From assembly GCA_043826455.1 (NCBI GenBank), contig JBDRQD010000069.1, positions 1 to 14,514 of the forward strand: DNA of 14,514 nucleotides. The letters are read 5' to 3'. Shown piece after piece: positions 1 to 7,436 of this stretch. Made by a program: the position numbers and the translations under genes. The first letter of the stretch is position 1; each line of letters begins with the position of its first letter. Below the pieces are notes generated by a model. It ran no database searches, was not told the origin of the DNA, and saw only the letters and a list, made by a program, of their open reading frames with translations. Source of the DNA: Candidatus Bathyarchaeota archaeon. Lineage in GTDB: Archaea > Thermoproteota > Bathyarchaeia > TCS64.

Positions 1-118
1 GGTTTCACGGTGCCTGAGATCCATTGTCGAGGGTTTCCTGGGGTGTTCTCTGGTTGAACCTGGCTGGGAGGTGGCTTATTTGCTTGTATAGAAGCACGAC
101 GTCAAGCCAGCAACACCT

Positions 119-134
119 AATTATTGAATTCCCC
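119..134 (-). repeat. Orphan IS terminal-inverted-repeat-like end (GGGGAATTCAATAATT on minus strand)
   Basis: Matches the IR at 1778-1793/3901-3916 (GGCAGACTCAATAATT) at 12 of 16 positions and abuts CGCGCGCG at 135-142. Confidence 0.45.
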
Positions 135-142
135 CGCGCGCG

Positions 143-312
143 ACAGGGACAGCTTCAGGTGTACTCGGTGTTCCTACGCTGGGGACGCTGACCACGTCGC
201 CGCTGTTAACATAGCGGCGCGTGCTAACGTCAACAGGCCTATCGTCTCGGGGAGCTTTTTTGGACATCTTGTTCCTCCTCAGGGACAAGCCTCCCTACTT
301 GTAGGGAGGTAG
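143..312 (+). pseudogene. tnpB: 3' fragment of IS200/IS605-family TnpB (zinc-ribbon half and RuvC-III region)
   Basis: Translation FRCTRCSYAGDADHVAAVNIAARANVNRP fits the TnpB C-terminal FxCxxCG..xAD.xAAxNI motif. Begins directly after the CG tract at 135-142. Confidence 0.85.
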
Positions 313-317
313 TTGAC
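284..317 (+). mobile_element. IS200/IS605 right end / omegaRNA 3' hairpin
   Basis: CAAG-CCTCCCTAC-TT-GTAGGGAGG-TAGTTGAC: 9-bp perfect stem (290-298/301-309) followed by a TGAC terminus, the usual right-end layout. Confidence 0.8.
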
Positions 318-325
318 GCTTCTGT

Positions 326-499
326 CTACTTCCTTTCAGGGTCTTTCATGGTGACGGACTTGCCATACTGATCTATGAATTCAATGCGGTTGACCCGAGA
401 ATCAAGCTTAGATATAGCCTCATCCAGTTTCTTCTCATGTTCATATAGCACGTGGATTATCAGGTCCAATACATCAATCTTCGCGGTCAGGTCACTCAT
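326..499 (-). CDS. Small coiled-coil hypothetical protein, 57 aa (not in ORF track)
   Basis: MSDLTAKIDVLDLIIHVLYEHEKKLDEAISKLDSRVNRIEFIDQYGKSVTMKDPERK*. Heptad pattern; TATA-like TTCATATAT about 25 bp upstream of the ATG, suggesting a leaderless transcript. Confidence 0.7.
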   Translation of the reverse strand: MSDLTAKIDVLDLIIHVLYEHEKKLDEAISKLDSRVNRIEFIDQYGKSVTMKDPERK

Positions 500-610
500 G
501 CTTTATCGATTAATCCCTTGATATATGAAGAATAGGGAGTACTGATCCATATTCCTTATTTGGAGCGGCTTCACCGCGGGTGAAGAATTCCAGTCCGTAA
601 CCGCGCGCGC

Positions 611-1708
611 CAGCGTGTTGCGATATTCTTGGAGTTAGCATTTCCGTGCAACAAATATCCTGGTTATGTTTAGACTCAGGTGAAGAGGGAGAAACACGAG
701 GATGTGGCATCCATCCTCTCCAAACTGGACCTCCACGACATAGAGGAGATCATCATCCAGCCATACCACCAGGAAGGCCCGGGTAGACCACCCAGAAGCC
801 CCATCGGCATCTTCAAGGCATTAGTTGTGAAGCAGCTGAGGAACATCCCCCGCGACCGGGAGCTATACAGGTGCCTCTGGAACGACGAGGCTCAGAGAGA
901 TCTGCGACATCGAGGAGCACGAGAAACCCCAGCCACCCATCCCAGCTCACAAGGTTCAGGAACCGTGTAGGCCCCGAGAGGCTTGAAGCCGTGATGAATG
1001 GCCTCCTGGAGGAGCTCGTGGAAGGAGGCATCGTTAAGGGCGAGACGCTGGCCCTGGACGCCACCTTCATCGAGGCCTGGAGCAGGCGCGACACGGCGGA
1101 CGACAGCCGCGGCCTCTCTGACCCTGAGGCACGGGTGGGCAGGGACGGCAAATCCTATGACCTGGGGTACAAGGCTCACGTGGCTATGGATGTGGGGTCC
1201 GATATGCCTGTGGCTGTGGTGGGGGCCTCGGCCAACGAGAACGAGAAGAAGCACTTGGAGACGCTTCTGGGCAAGGCTTCCGCGGTGGTTGAGGAGGTTA
1301 AGGCTGTGGCGGCTGATCCTCAGTACAGCAGCAGGCGTGTACGGGACTGCATCATCGGGCACGGGGCTGAGCCGGTCATACCTTACACGTCTAACCAGAG
1401 GGGCGGGGAAAAGGTGCTGAGGGTTGACAGGTGTTTCAGGGTCAGTGGGCCGGTGGAGGAGAGGAGGCTGTATGAGGTTGGTAGGGCTGCGGTGGAGAGG
1501 GTTAACTCCAGGCTAGACTCGGTGGGCTTGGAGTGCCTCAAGCTATGGGGGCTGAGGAACGCGGTGGTTCACACGCTGCTCTGCGTGGTCACGGTGCTGC
1601 TGGTGGCTGTGGCTGCTCTTCGACTGGGCAGGCCCTGGAAGGCTAGATCTTTGTCCTCGTTTTGGTGGTGATGGAGTTGACATAAACATGTAATATCGCA
1701 ACACGCTG
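611..1708 (+). mobile_element. Full-length 1098-bp IS (IS5/IS1182-like DDE) with perfect 17-bp TIRs, flanked by GCGCGCGC
   Basis: CAGCGTGTTGCGATATT (611-627) and AATATCGCAACACGCTG (1692-1708). GCGCGCGC at 603-610 and 1709-1716 may be an 8-bp TSD, but it is palindromic so could instead extend the TIR. Confidence 0.9.
680..1671 (+). pseudogene. DDE transposase (DUF772-like N-terminus plus DDE domain) with two frameshifts
   Basis: GRPPRSPIGIFKAL...DREL, HPSQLTRFRNR, LALDATFI, GYKAH, ADPQYSS, RAAVERVNSRL. Frameshifts near 890 and 930; the bridging frame 891-929 reads LREICDIEEHEKP. Confidence 0.88.
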
Positions 1709-1775
1709 GCGCGCGCCCGCTTCTTCATTTAGATGAAGTGGGCTTCGTGTAAGGTCTGGGTCTCGTGAACCCGGG

Positions 1776-1796
1776 TGAATTATTGAGTCTGCCTGC
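1776..1796 (-). repeat. 21-bp inverted repeat, copy 1 (IS-end-like GGCAGACTCAATAATTCA)
   Basis: TGAATTATTGAGTCTGCCTGC is the exact reverse complement of 3898-3918. Confidence 0.8.
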
Positions 1797-1801
1797 ACGG
1801 A

Positions 1802-2242
1802 TCAAGGGGTATCATAAATGGTAAATGTTTTTCCTCTAAGAGTTTGTAGACTGATCTTGTGTAGTTCATTTGGGACCCATGCGTTCATCAATCGAACTTC
1901 TATTTCTTTATATTGTCCCGGTTTGAGGAAAAGCTCTTCAGGCGTCATTTCTTGAACAAAAACATTGTTCACTAAACAATGGATGATCGTTACATCAACT
2001 TTCCCCGTGTTTCTGATTATAAGAGTAAGGCTTACTTTCTTATCATTAACGCTCTTAAACCATACATCTTCAATGATGAAACGTTCCTTGAAGGTTGGAA
2101 GTTTATCTAGCCTTTGAAGTTCTAGCCATCTATAAGCTGCTACGGTTGCTAACGAGGAGCAGAAAACTATAATGACAAGTAAAAGTAAAACGGAAATGAT
2201 CTCCGATATCGCCATCCTTTTATGGTAACATAGATTGTTCAT
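1802..2242 (-). CDS. Archaeal type IV pilin-like protein
   Basis: Class III signal peptide KRMA/ISEIISVLLLLVII with hydrophobic helix; ERFIIEDVWF and RNTGKVDVTI motifs resemble archaeal pilin globular domains. Confidence 0.75.
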   Translation of the reverse strand: MNNLCYHKRMAISEIISVLLLLVIIVFCSSLATVAAYRWLELQRLDKLPTFKERFIIEDVWFKSVNDKKVSLTLIIRNTGKVDVTIIHCLVNNVFVQEMTPEELFLKPGQYKEIEVRLMNAWVPNELHKISLQTLRGKTFTIYDTP

Positions 2243-2433
2243 GGCTCTGGATTAGGAAAACGTCATCATAGAATATCTGTATATCGGAGAATGGAAAAAT
2301 AATAATCTTTCTGGGGTAGTGTGCGCGCTAAATAGGTACAGGATAGTGATTGATTCACTTGAGCACTTTGGAGAGGCAGCCTCTACTCAACTGGTGCGTG
2401 TGTAAAATACTGGGAAGCTTCTCTAGGTATAGT

Positions 2434-2679
2434 TCACTTGAGGAATAGTTGCCTTGCTGATTCTATTGTGAACCAGATCCCGAAGATCATTAATGTTAAC
2501 CCTAGAACGCCTATGGGGTCTCTAGATAGTCTCAGTGTCTCTGTTGAGATGTTCATGAGGACTTCGAAGAAGGTTTGTGTTACTCCTCCCCAGTTTAGCT
2601 CAGGGTTTTGGTACATGGATAACCCTATTAGACTAATAAGCAAGCCAAAAAAAATCTTGAGGAGAATTTTTGTTTGCAT
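2434..2679 (-). CDS. Small two-TM membrane protein, 81 aa
   Basis: Two hydrophobic segments (ILLKIFFGLLISLIGL; IGVLGLTLMIFGIWF) and an AT-rich upstream region. Confidence 0.6.
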   Translation of the reverse strand: MQTKILLKIFFGLLISLIGLSMYQNPELNWGGVTQTFFEVLMNISTETLRLSRDPIGVLGLTLMIFGIWFTIESARQLFLK

Positions 2680-2770
2680 GTATAATAGGTGAATGATTGG
2701 TTATTTTAGTATTTTGTTTTATGGATTGTTAGGTAAAACTATTATATCCGACTCGACGTTTTTCTAGTCC

Positions 2771-2984
2771 TTGGGGGGTAAAGAGACCGACGAGAAGCTC
2801 GTCAGGCGAGGAGAGCTCACCCTAGACCTAGAATCCCTCAAAACCCCAGATAAGAACACGAAAACAGGGACCAAGGCGAAAGAGGACGCAGCTACCCATA
2901 GCAGACACCACCATCAAGCTCCCCGCAACAGTCCGCTACCTCTACCAGATGCCTGCCGACAGCTAGAAGGATACACCCGAATCT
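2771..2984 (+). pseudogene. Degraded 5' fragment of an archaeal IS5-family transposase
   Basis: Across frames: EKLVRRGELTLDLESL...GERGRSY...DTTIKLPATVRYLYQMP.RQLEGYTR, resembling IS5-family N-termini. Truncated at CGCGCACGCA (2985-2994). Confidence 0.7.
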
Positions 2985-2994
2985 CGCGCACGCA

Positions 2995-3163
2995 GATCCG
3001 TCGTACTCCAGTGCATCCACCTGCTTGACCCGCTTCGCCACTCACCCATCAGCCTCTCAACTAGGCTGTTCGTACAGGGCACGCTTAGGCCTTTCATAAC
3101 CAGCCTGGCGAGGTTCTCCTAGAGCCCGGTGTTCTCCTCTTGGAGCCGGGCGCAGGTCTCCAA
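2995..3163 (-). pseudogene. Internally deleted ISH6-like (Mutator/IS256 superfamily) transposase
   Basis: TTG start just after the DUF2080 stop; a short N-terminus is fused to LARLVMKGLSVPCTNSLVERLMGE/AKRVK/RWMHWST (frameshifted), matching the ISH6-type C-terminal catalytic-E region. Confidence 0.7.
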
Positions 3164-3164
3164 G

Positions 3165-3323
3165 TCATTCCTTGCAGACTACCGGGTATACTGTGCGGTC
3201 CAGGTACTCTTTGCGGCAGTCCACCTTGGCTCCTGTTCCGAAGGGTGTGACCTTCTTCTGTATGAATGCGCGCGCGTCTGTGAGTGTGGTGGTTTCTCTG
3301 GTTAGCTCAACCCCCAAAGGCAT
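3165..3323 (-). CDS. DUF2080-family transposase-associated protein, 52 aa (not in ORF track)
   Basis: MPLGVELTRETTTLTDARAFIQKKVTPFGTGAKVDCRKEYLDRTVYPVVCKE*. The KKVTPFGxxAKVDCxKEY motif is DUF2080-like; lies upstream of the ISH6-like transposase. Confidence 0.8.
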   Translation of the reverse strand: MPLGVELTRETTTLTDARAFIQKKVTPFGTGAKVDCRKEYLDRTVYPVVCKE

Positions 3324-3440
3324 ATGATGTGTTTAAGTTTAACTGCAAGTGAAATACGTATAGATATATTTCGCTTTCTCCCTTTATTATGGATGCGTGA
3401 TGGAGTAGGAAACAATTTGATTCCAGGAGATATTAAAAAT

Positions 3441-3890
3441 GTGCCAACCCGTTCTAAGGGGGAAATTATTATCGGTGTTTTCGTAATTGTGGTAGCGAGT
3501 TATGATCTTTATCTTACCTTCAAGCTGTCTAATTTTTACCAGTTGCAATTACAGGGTTTTCAGGTTTCTATCGCTATCATGGTGGTTACAATTAGTTTAA
3601 TGCTATATGGGCACCTCAAAGTTAGTTATCTGGTTTCGGGTAACTACCTATTAATTTACCAGTCTTTTGGGTCTGAGAAGATTAACCTTCACGATGTGAA
3701 AGGGTTCAATGTTACTAAATTAGGTTTATTACATCAGATACTCTGGGGGTTAATCCCTACCTTTACTGTAGCTAAGGGCGTAATGATCGAGTTAAAACAA
3801 GGTAAACGAGTATTCATATCCCCGAAAGACCCGGAGGTGTTTTTAGAGCAAATTCAAACGTATATCTCCAAATTAGGTACTGATCAGTAG
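3441..3890 (+). CDS. Membrane protein with bacterial PH domain
   Basis: Two N-terminal TM helices, KINLHDVKG, and VMIEL...VFISPKDPEVFLEQI motif. GTG at 3441 with upstream AGGAG preferred over the ORF-track ATG at 3324. Confidence 0.7.
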   Translation: MPTRSKGEIIIGVFVIVVASYDLYLTFKLSNFYQLQLQGFQVSIAIMVVTISLMLYGHLKVSYLVSGNYLLIYQSFGSEKINLHDVKGFNVTKLGLLHQILWGLIPTFTVAKGVMIELKQGKRVFISPKDPEVFLEQIQTYISKLGTDQ

Positions 3891-3897
3891 AGCACGC

Positions 3898-3918
3898 GCA
3901 GGCAGACTCAATAATTCA
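3898..3918 (+). repeat. 21-bp inverted repeat, copy 2
   Basis: GCAGGCAGACTCAATAATTCA, preceded by the alternating tract GCACGCGCA. Confidence 0.8.
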
Positions 3919-4099
3919 TGAGGTTTATTGGGGGCCTCGAATCCGCGGCGTACGCGTGCAAATAGGAGGGTCTTCTTACGACCATCCGATAAACTCCAAA
4001 CCTTACTCATGTAACCAGAAGCCTCAGAGGAGAGTTTGTTTGAGGATGTAGCTTTTCTACGTAGCTTGTGACTCCCAGCGTTGAGTTGAGGCCTCCTGC

Positions 4100-5557
4100 T
4101 TAACATAGGAATAAGAATAGCCAAAGCGGAACAAAGATTAGCCTTCCTTCCAGTTTCAAATCATTTCTTGTAACCACAAAGCCGATGGGGGGCTCGTGCC
4201 TCTCAATGAACTCGTGTACACCGACTAGCTCTGACTCTGAGACCCTTTCCTGATACTTTACCTCAATAGGTATAGGTTTTTTGAAGAGCTCAACCACGAT
4301 ATTCACTTCATTGCTTTTTTTATCGCTCCAGTGGAAGATGGTCGAGTCTAGTTCGTGCTCCAGTTCGAACTTGAGTCTTCTACAATGGTCGGCTACCACG
4401 TTCTCTGTTACTAACCTCATCTGCTCTGGGAGGCTTATGATATTGGGGTTAAGGAACCCTGTTACCGCGTTTCTCAGACCAACATCGTTTATGTATATCT
4501 TTTTTTCCTTCAGCTCCTGGCTTCGACGGCTACGAGTGTAGAACCTGGCCTCTGTAATCAGGAAAGAGTGCTCCAAATAGAGGAGGTAGTCTTTCAGAGT
4601 CTCTTTCCGGATCCCCAGCTCCCTTATCAGAGTTGAGTAGTTTAAACGGCGGGAACACTCACTCGCCAGAACCGTGAAAAGGGTCTCAAAGGACCGGGGG
4701 TCGCGGATCAGGAACGTCTTTACAATATCTCTGTAGATCGTTTGGTCCAGGTAATCTCTTAGGGTGTTTGTGACTTTGTACACGTCTTCTGTTTCTATGA
4801 GCTCAGGGTATCCGCCCTTCATCAGGTATTGCTGAAGATATATGAGCAGTTGGTCTCTCTCTGACGCTAACCTTTGGTTTAATAGGTTAAAAGCCTGATA
4901 AATTAAGCTAGGAGACCCGCTTCTAATTGAGGCGACCAGCGCTCCTGTAAGGGCCCTGTTAATCTCATCGTATTTCTCGTGGTCTTTCTCTTTGAACCTT
5001 ACAACTTCAAGGTACTTCATTGGGCGGATGATTTGAGGGTGGAAGCATCCTGCAAGGGTTTCAGTGTTTTCCCGCCGTAGGGTGACGCTTGATGAACTGG
5101 ATACCGTGAACTTTATCTTGTAGCCGAAGTCGAGCCACTGCTTCATGGTATCCCCCCATTCAGGTAGGCTTTGTATCTCGTCGAGGAATATGTAGATTGG
5201 TTCATCTAGTTTCTCTAGAGGTGTTCTTAGAATGTTTGTCGAGTATAATTCGAATATTCTTTTAATGCTTTCTTCATCTACTTTGAGGTAGTAGTCGTCG
5301 ACCTTCAGGAACATCACTCTTGAGGAATCGACTCTTTCTAGGAGGTGCTGGACTAGTTGATACATCAAGGTGCTTTTTCCGGTCCTTCTAGCGCCGATGA
5401 GTCCCAGGATATCTTTTGTGTTTAGACTCTCTTTGAGGACATGAAAATCTCTTCTTCGATGGCTTGGCGCCAGGGTTTCAGGGACTTTCTCTGTGGTCCA
5501 CCATGGGTTATGTTGTCTCAATATTCTAAGCAAGTCAGCGTCAGTTATCATGGACAT
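4100..5557 (-). CDS. AAA_14 ATPase with DUF4143 / PD-(D/E)xK-like C-terminus
   Basis: NPWW, Walker A GARRTGKST, Walker B IFLDEIQ, GGYPE, KKIYINDVGLRN, PIEVKY. ATG at 5557 preferred over TTG at 5641. Confidence 0.9.
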   Translation of the reverse strand: MSMITDADLLRILRQHNPWWTTEKVPETLAPSHRRRDFHVLKESLNTKDILGLIGARRTGKSTLMYQLVQHLLERVDSSRVMFLKVDDYYLKVDEESIKRIFELYSTNILRTPLEKLDEPIYIFLDEIQSLPEWGDTMKQWLDFGYKIKFTVSSSSSVTLRRENTETLAGCFHPQIIRPMKYLEVVRFKEKDHEKYDEINRALTGALVASIRSGSPSLIYQAFNLLNQRLASERDQLLIYLQQYLMKGGYPELIETEDVYKVTNTLRDYLDQTIYRDIVKTFLIRDPRSFETLFTVLASECSRRLNYSTLIRELGIRKETLKDYLLYLEHSFLITEARFYTRSRRSQELKEKKIYINDVGLRNAVTGFLNPNIISLPEQMRLVTENVVADHCRRLKFELEHELDSTIFHWSDKKSNEVNIVVELFKKPIPIEVKYQERVSESELVGVHEFIERHEPPIGFVVTRNDLKLEGRLIFVPLWLFLFLC

Positions 5558-5718
5558 GGTCCATCCTTGGCTATCATAGCAGCCAAACAACCATATAATT
5601 TTGGCTACTATAATAGCTAGGTGGGTGGATGAATTGGGCAATCATGATAGCCTACTATTTGAATATGTTTTGATGGGTACAGCCTGCTCGGGAGAACGGT
5701 GTCTACGCGCGCGCGTAC

Positions 5719-5808
5719 TTGAGGACACACCGGTGCCCCATGTGTGGCTTAACCGTTGGCAGGGATGTTGACGCGGCGCTCAACGTCCTCAGGCGGAGGC
5801 TTGGGTAG
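5719..5808 (+). pseudogene. tnpB: Second TnpB 3' fragment (not in ORF track)
   Basis: LRTHRCPMCGLTVGRDVDAALNVLRRRLG* fits RxHxCPxCG..DRDxNAAxNIL. Starts just after (CG)5 at 5706-5715. Confidence 0.85.
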
Positions 5809-5924
5809 GCTTAGCGAGCCGAGTATACGCCTGTAGGAGAGGTGGCCGCTACCCAACTAAGCGAAGCTGGGCAAGTCGCCTCGGTGAGTCAGGAAGCCAC
5901 CAAGTCTGTTGGGTGGTGGTTCAC
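5809..5924 (+). ncRNA. Putative omegaRNA (reRNA) scaffold / IS605 right end
   Basis: GCCGAGTATACGCCTGTAGGAG...CTCGGTGAGTCAGGAAGCCACC-hairpin-GGTGGTGGTTCAC, with a TCAC terminus, following the tnpB fragment. Confidence 0.7.
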
Positions 5925-6009
5925 CAAAACGATATTAGCCAGTGTTCCCCATCTCTAACGGAGGGTTGCTGGCTGATCCTCGACATACTGGGGCTGGGAT
6001 GATTCGTTT

Positions 6010-6231
6010 ATGCCTAGGATAAGGAGAAAGAAGAGGACGGTCTCTATGAACATCAGGGTGACTCCGGAGATCAAGGACGCGATCGACAACGCCTCGGCAC
6101 GGGAGTGGCTGTCTGTCTCCGATTGGATCAGGAGCACCGTCGTCAAGGCGCTCCGAGCCAGGGACCTGCTGCCGGCGACGTATTTTCTACCGGAGATCGA
6201 TGAGACGGGCAGCGGAAACGATAGATTGTAG
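6010..6231 (+). CDS. Ribbon-helix-helix DNA-binding protein
   Basis: RTVSMNIRVTPEIKDAIDNAS...LSVSDWIRSTV beta-alpha-alpha pattern. Confidence 0.75.
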   Translation: MPRIRRKKRTVSMNIRVTPEIKDAIDNASAREWLSVSDWIRSTVVKALRARDLLPATYFLPEIDETGSGNDRL

Positions 6232-6321
6232 CTTCTCTGCGGCTGGTTTCACTTGTTTCTAGTTAAGTGGCAGGTGAACGGGTTTCATATTCTTATTAAA
6301 TGATTTATCATTCTTTTAGCA

Positions 6322-6329
6322 TTTTTAAC
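6322..6329 (+). promoter_or_regulatory. Putative TATA box of the pilin gene
   Basis: TTTTTAAC in an AT-rich tract, predicting a TSS near 6350. Confidence 0.5.
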
Positions 6330-6350
6330 ATATCCATGGCAAAAATAAGT

Positions 6351-6455
6351 GCCTGTATCTCTTGACCGCCACTTGTATGCCATATTACCCACAGTTGGGG
6401 GTCAAGTGATGCCTCGATAGAGGGAAGTGTGGGGGACGGCCCCCTATTATACAGG
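6351..6455 (+). ncRNA. Candidate structured 5'-leader RNA of the pilin mRNA
   Basis: Closing stem GCCTGTAT/ATACAGGC, inner stem CTTGACC/GGTCAAG with extension, and hairpins CCTC-GATA-GAGG and GGGG-ACGG-CCCC. Confidence 0.55.
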
Positions 6456-6463
6456 CGAAAAAA

Positions 6464-7366
6464 ATGAAAAATAGAGTAACAAACAGAAAAGCCGTAAGCC
6501 CAGTGATAGCCACGCTGCTGATGATCGCCGTCGCAGTCGCGGCTTCAGTGGTCATGTACTCATGGGTTAACTCCATGGTAAAAAGCCAGGCAACACAATC
6601 GCAGACAGCGATAAGGATAGACCAGGTACAGTTCTTCAACTACAAAGACACCATGCAGATATCAGTTTCTGTTAGAAACACGGGCACAACTGGGGCCGTA
6701 ATACAGACACTCTACATATACAGAGCGGACGCCCAGATTGCGAAAGTGGACAAAGTTAACATGGCTGTCCCGGCCGGAGTGTTAAGCACCTTCGGATTCA
6801 CCACAGCCCAAGCGGTTGGTGGAGCGCAGCAATGGTATGCTGAACCCGTAGATGCTACTAACCAGATCACGTTGCCGGCTGGGGAGCTTAAAACCTCATC
6901 TGCCTACATGATTCGAATGGTGACGGATAATGGCTTCTCAGTCGAAGGAACCTACTACACGCCAAACAACTTCCCAGGCGCACTACACCACTTCACCTTT
7001 GCCGCAGACGGGCAACCAAGTACATATACGATAAACGACCGCGCCGCCCTTTGGAGTTTCAAAGTAACTGCTATGGACTATTACGAGAAACCCGTCGTAT
7101 TGTGGACCGGCACACTCCCCACAACCAAATCCGTCAGTGTAATACTAAATCCACCGACTGGTGCATCACTAGCCGCTCAGACAATAACTGCTTCTGAACG
7201 TACTTGGACTTGGCTAGATGGTGTTGGCACATTCACGGTCGCAGCTACTATAAGGTTGAGCCCTGAGCCTGCAGCTGGAACTGGCTACACTATAACGGTA
7301 GTCTCCAGTGCAGACACTGGCAACAGAGGTAGTCAGAACTGCGCGACCTTTAAAGTCCTAAGCTAG
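6464..7366 (+). CDS. Archaeal type IV pilin with C-terminal beta-rich extension
   Basis: RKA/VSPVIATLLMIAVAVAASVVMY class III signal; VRNTG and TDNGF..EGTYY motifs, followed by about 130 aa of Thr-rich extra domain. Confidence 0.9.
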   Translation: MKNRVTNRKAVSPVIATLLMIAVAVAASVVMYSWVNSMVKSQATQSQTAIRIDQVQFFNYKDTMQISVSVRNTGTTGAVIQTLYIYRADAQIAKVDKVNMAVPAGVLSTFGFTTAQAVGGAQQWYAEPVDATNQITLPAGELKTSSAYMIRMVTDNGFSVEGTYYTPNNFPGALHHFTFAADGQPSTYTINDRAALWSFKVTAMDYYEKPVVLWTGTLPTTKSVSVILNPPTGASLAAQTITASERTWTWLDGVGTFTVAATIRLSPEPAAGTGYTITVVSSADTGNRGSQNCATFKVLS

Positions 7367-7385
7367 GCTTACGGATTAACCGTGA

Positions 7386-7402
7386 CTCTTTCCCCCTTTT
7401 TT
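7386..7402 (+). terminator. Pyrimidine/U-rich archaeal terminator-like tract
   Basis: CTCTTTCCCCCTTTTTT about 20 bp after the pilin stop; GGTGAGGTGA Shine-Dalgarno follows for the next gene. Confidence 0.5.
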
Positions 7403-7436
7403 AAAAAAATATCAAACTCAGGTGAGGTGAGAACAA

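Noticed and set aside
680..970. Programmed frameshift in the transposase
   Set aside because: Two separate shifts are needed and no typical slippery heptamer is present; decay or sequencing error is more likely.
813..1420. ORFs 813-1151, 892-1362 and 998-1420
   Set aside because: Shadow frames of the GC-rich transposase.
3324..3440. N-terminal extension of the PH-domain ORF
   Set aside because: Abuts the divergent DUF2080 start and covers probable promoter DNA; GTG 3441 has an RBS.
318..5944. omegaRNA guides targeting other sites within the window
   Set aside because: No second match to either would-be guide was found by eye.
6405..6427. Hammerhead ribozyme core (GTGATG-hairpin-GAAG)
   Set aside because: Lacks CUGANGA and GAAA consensus and the required stems.
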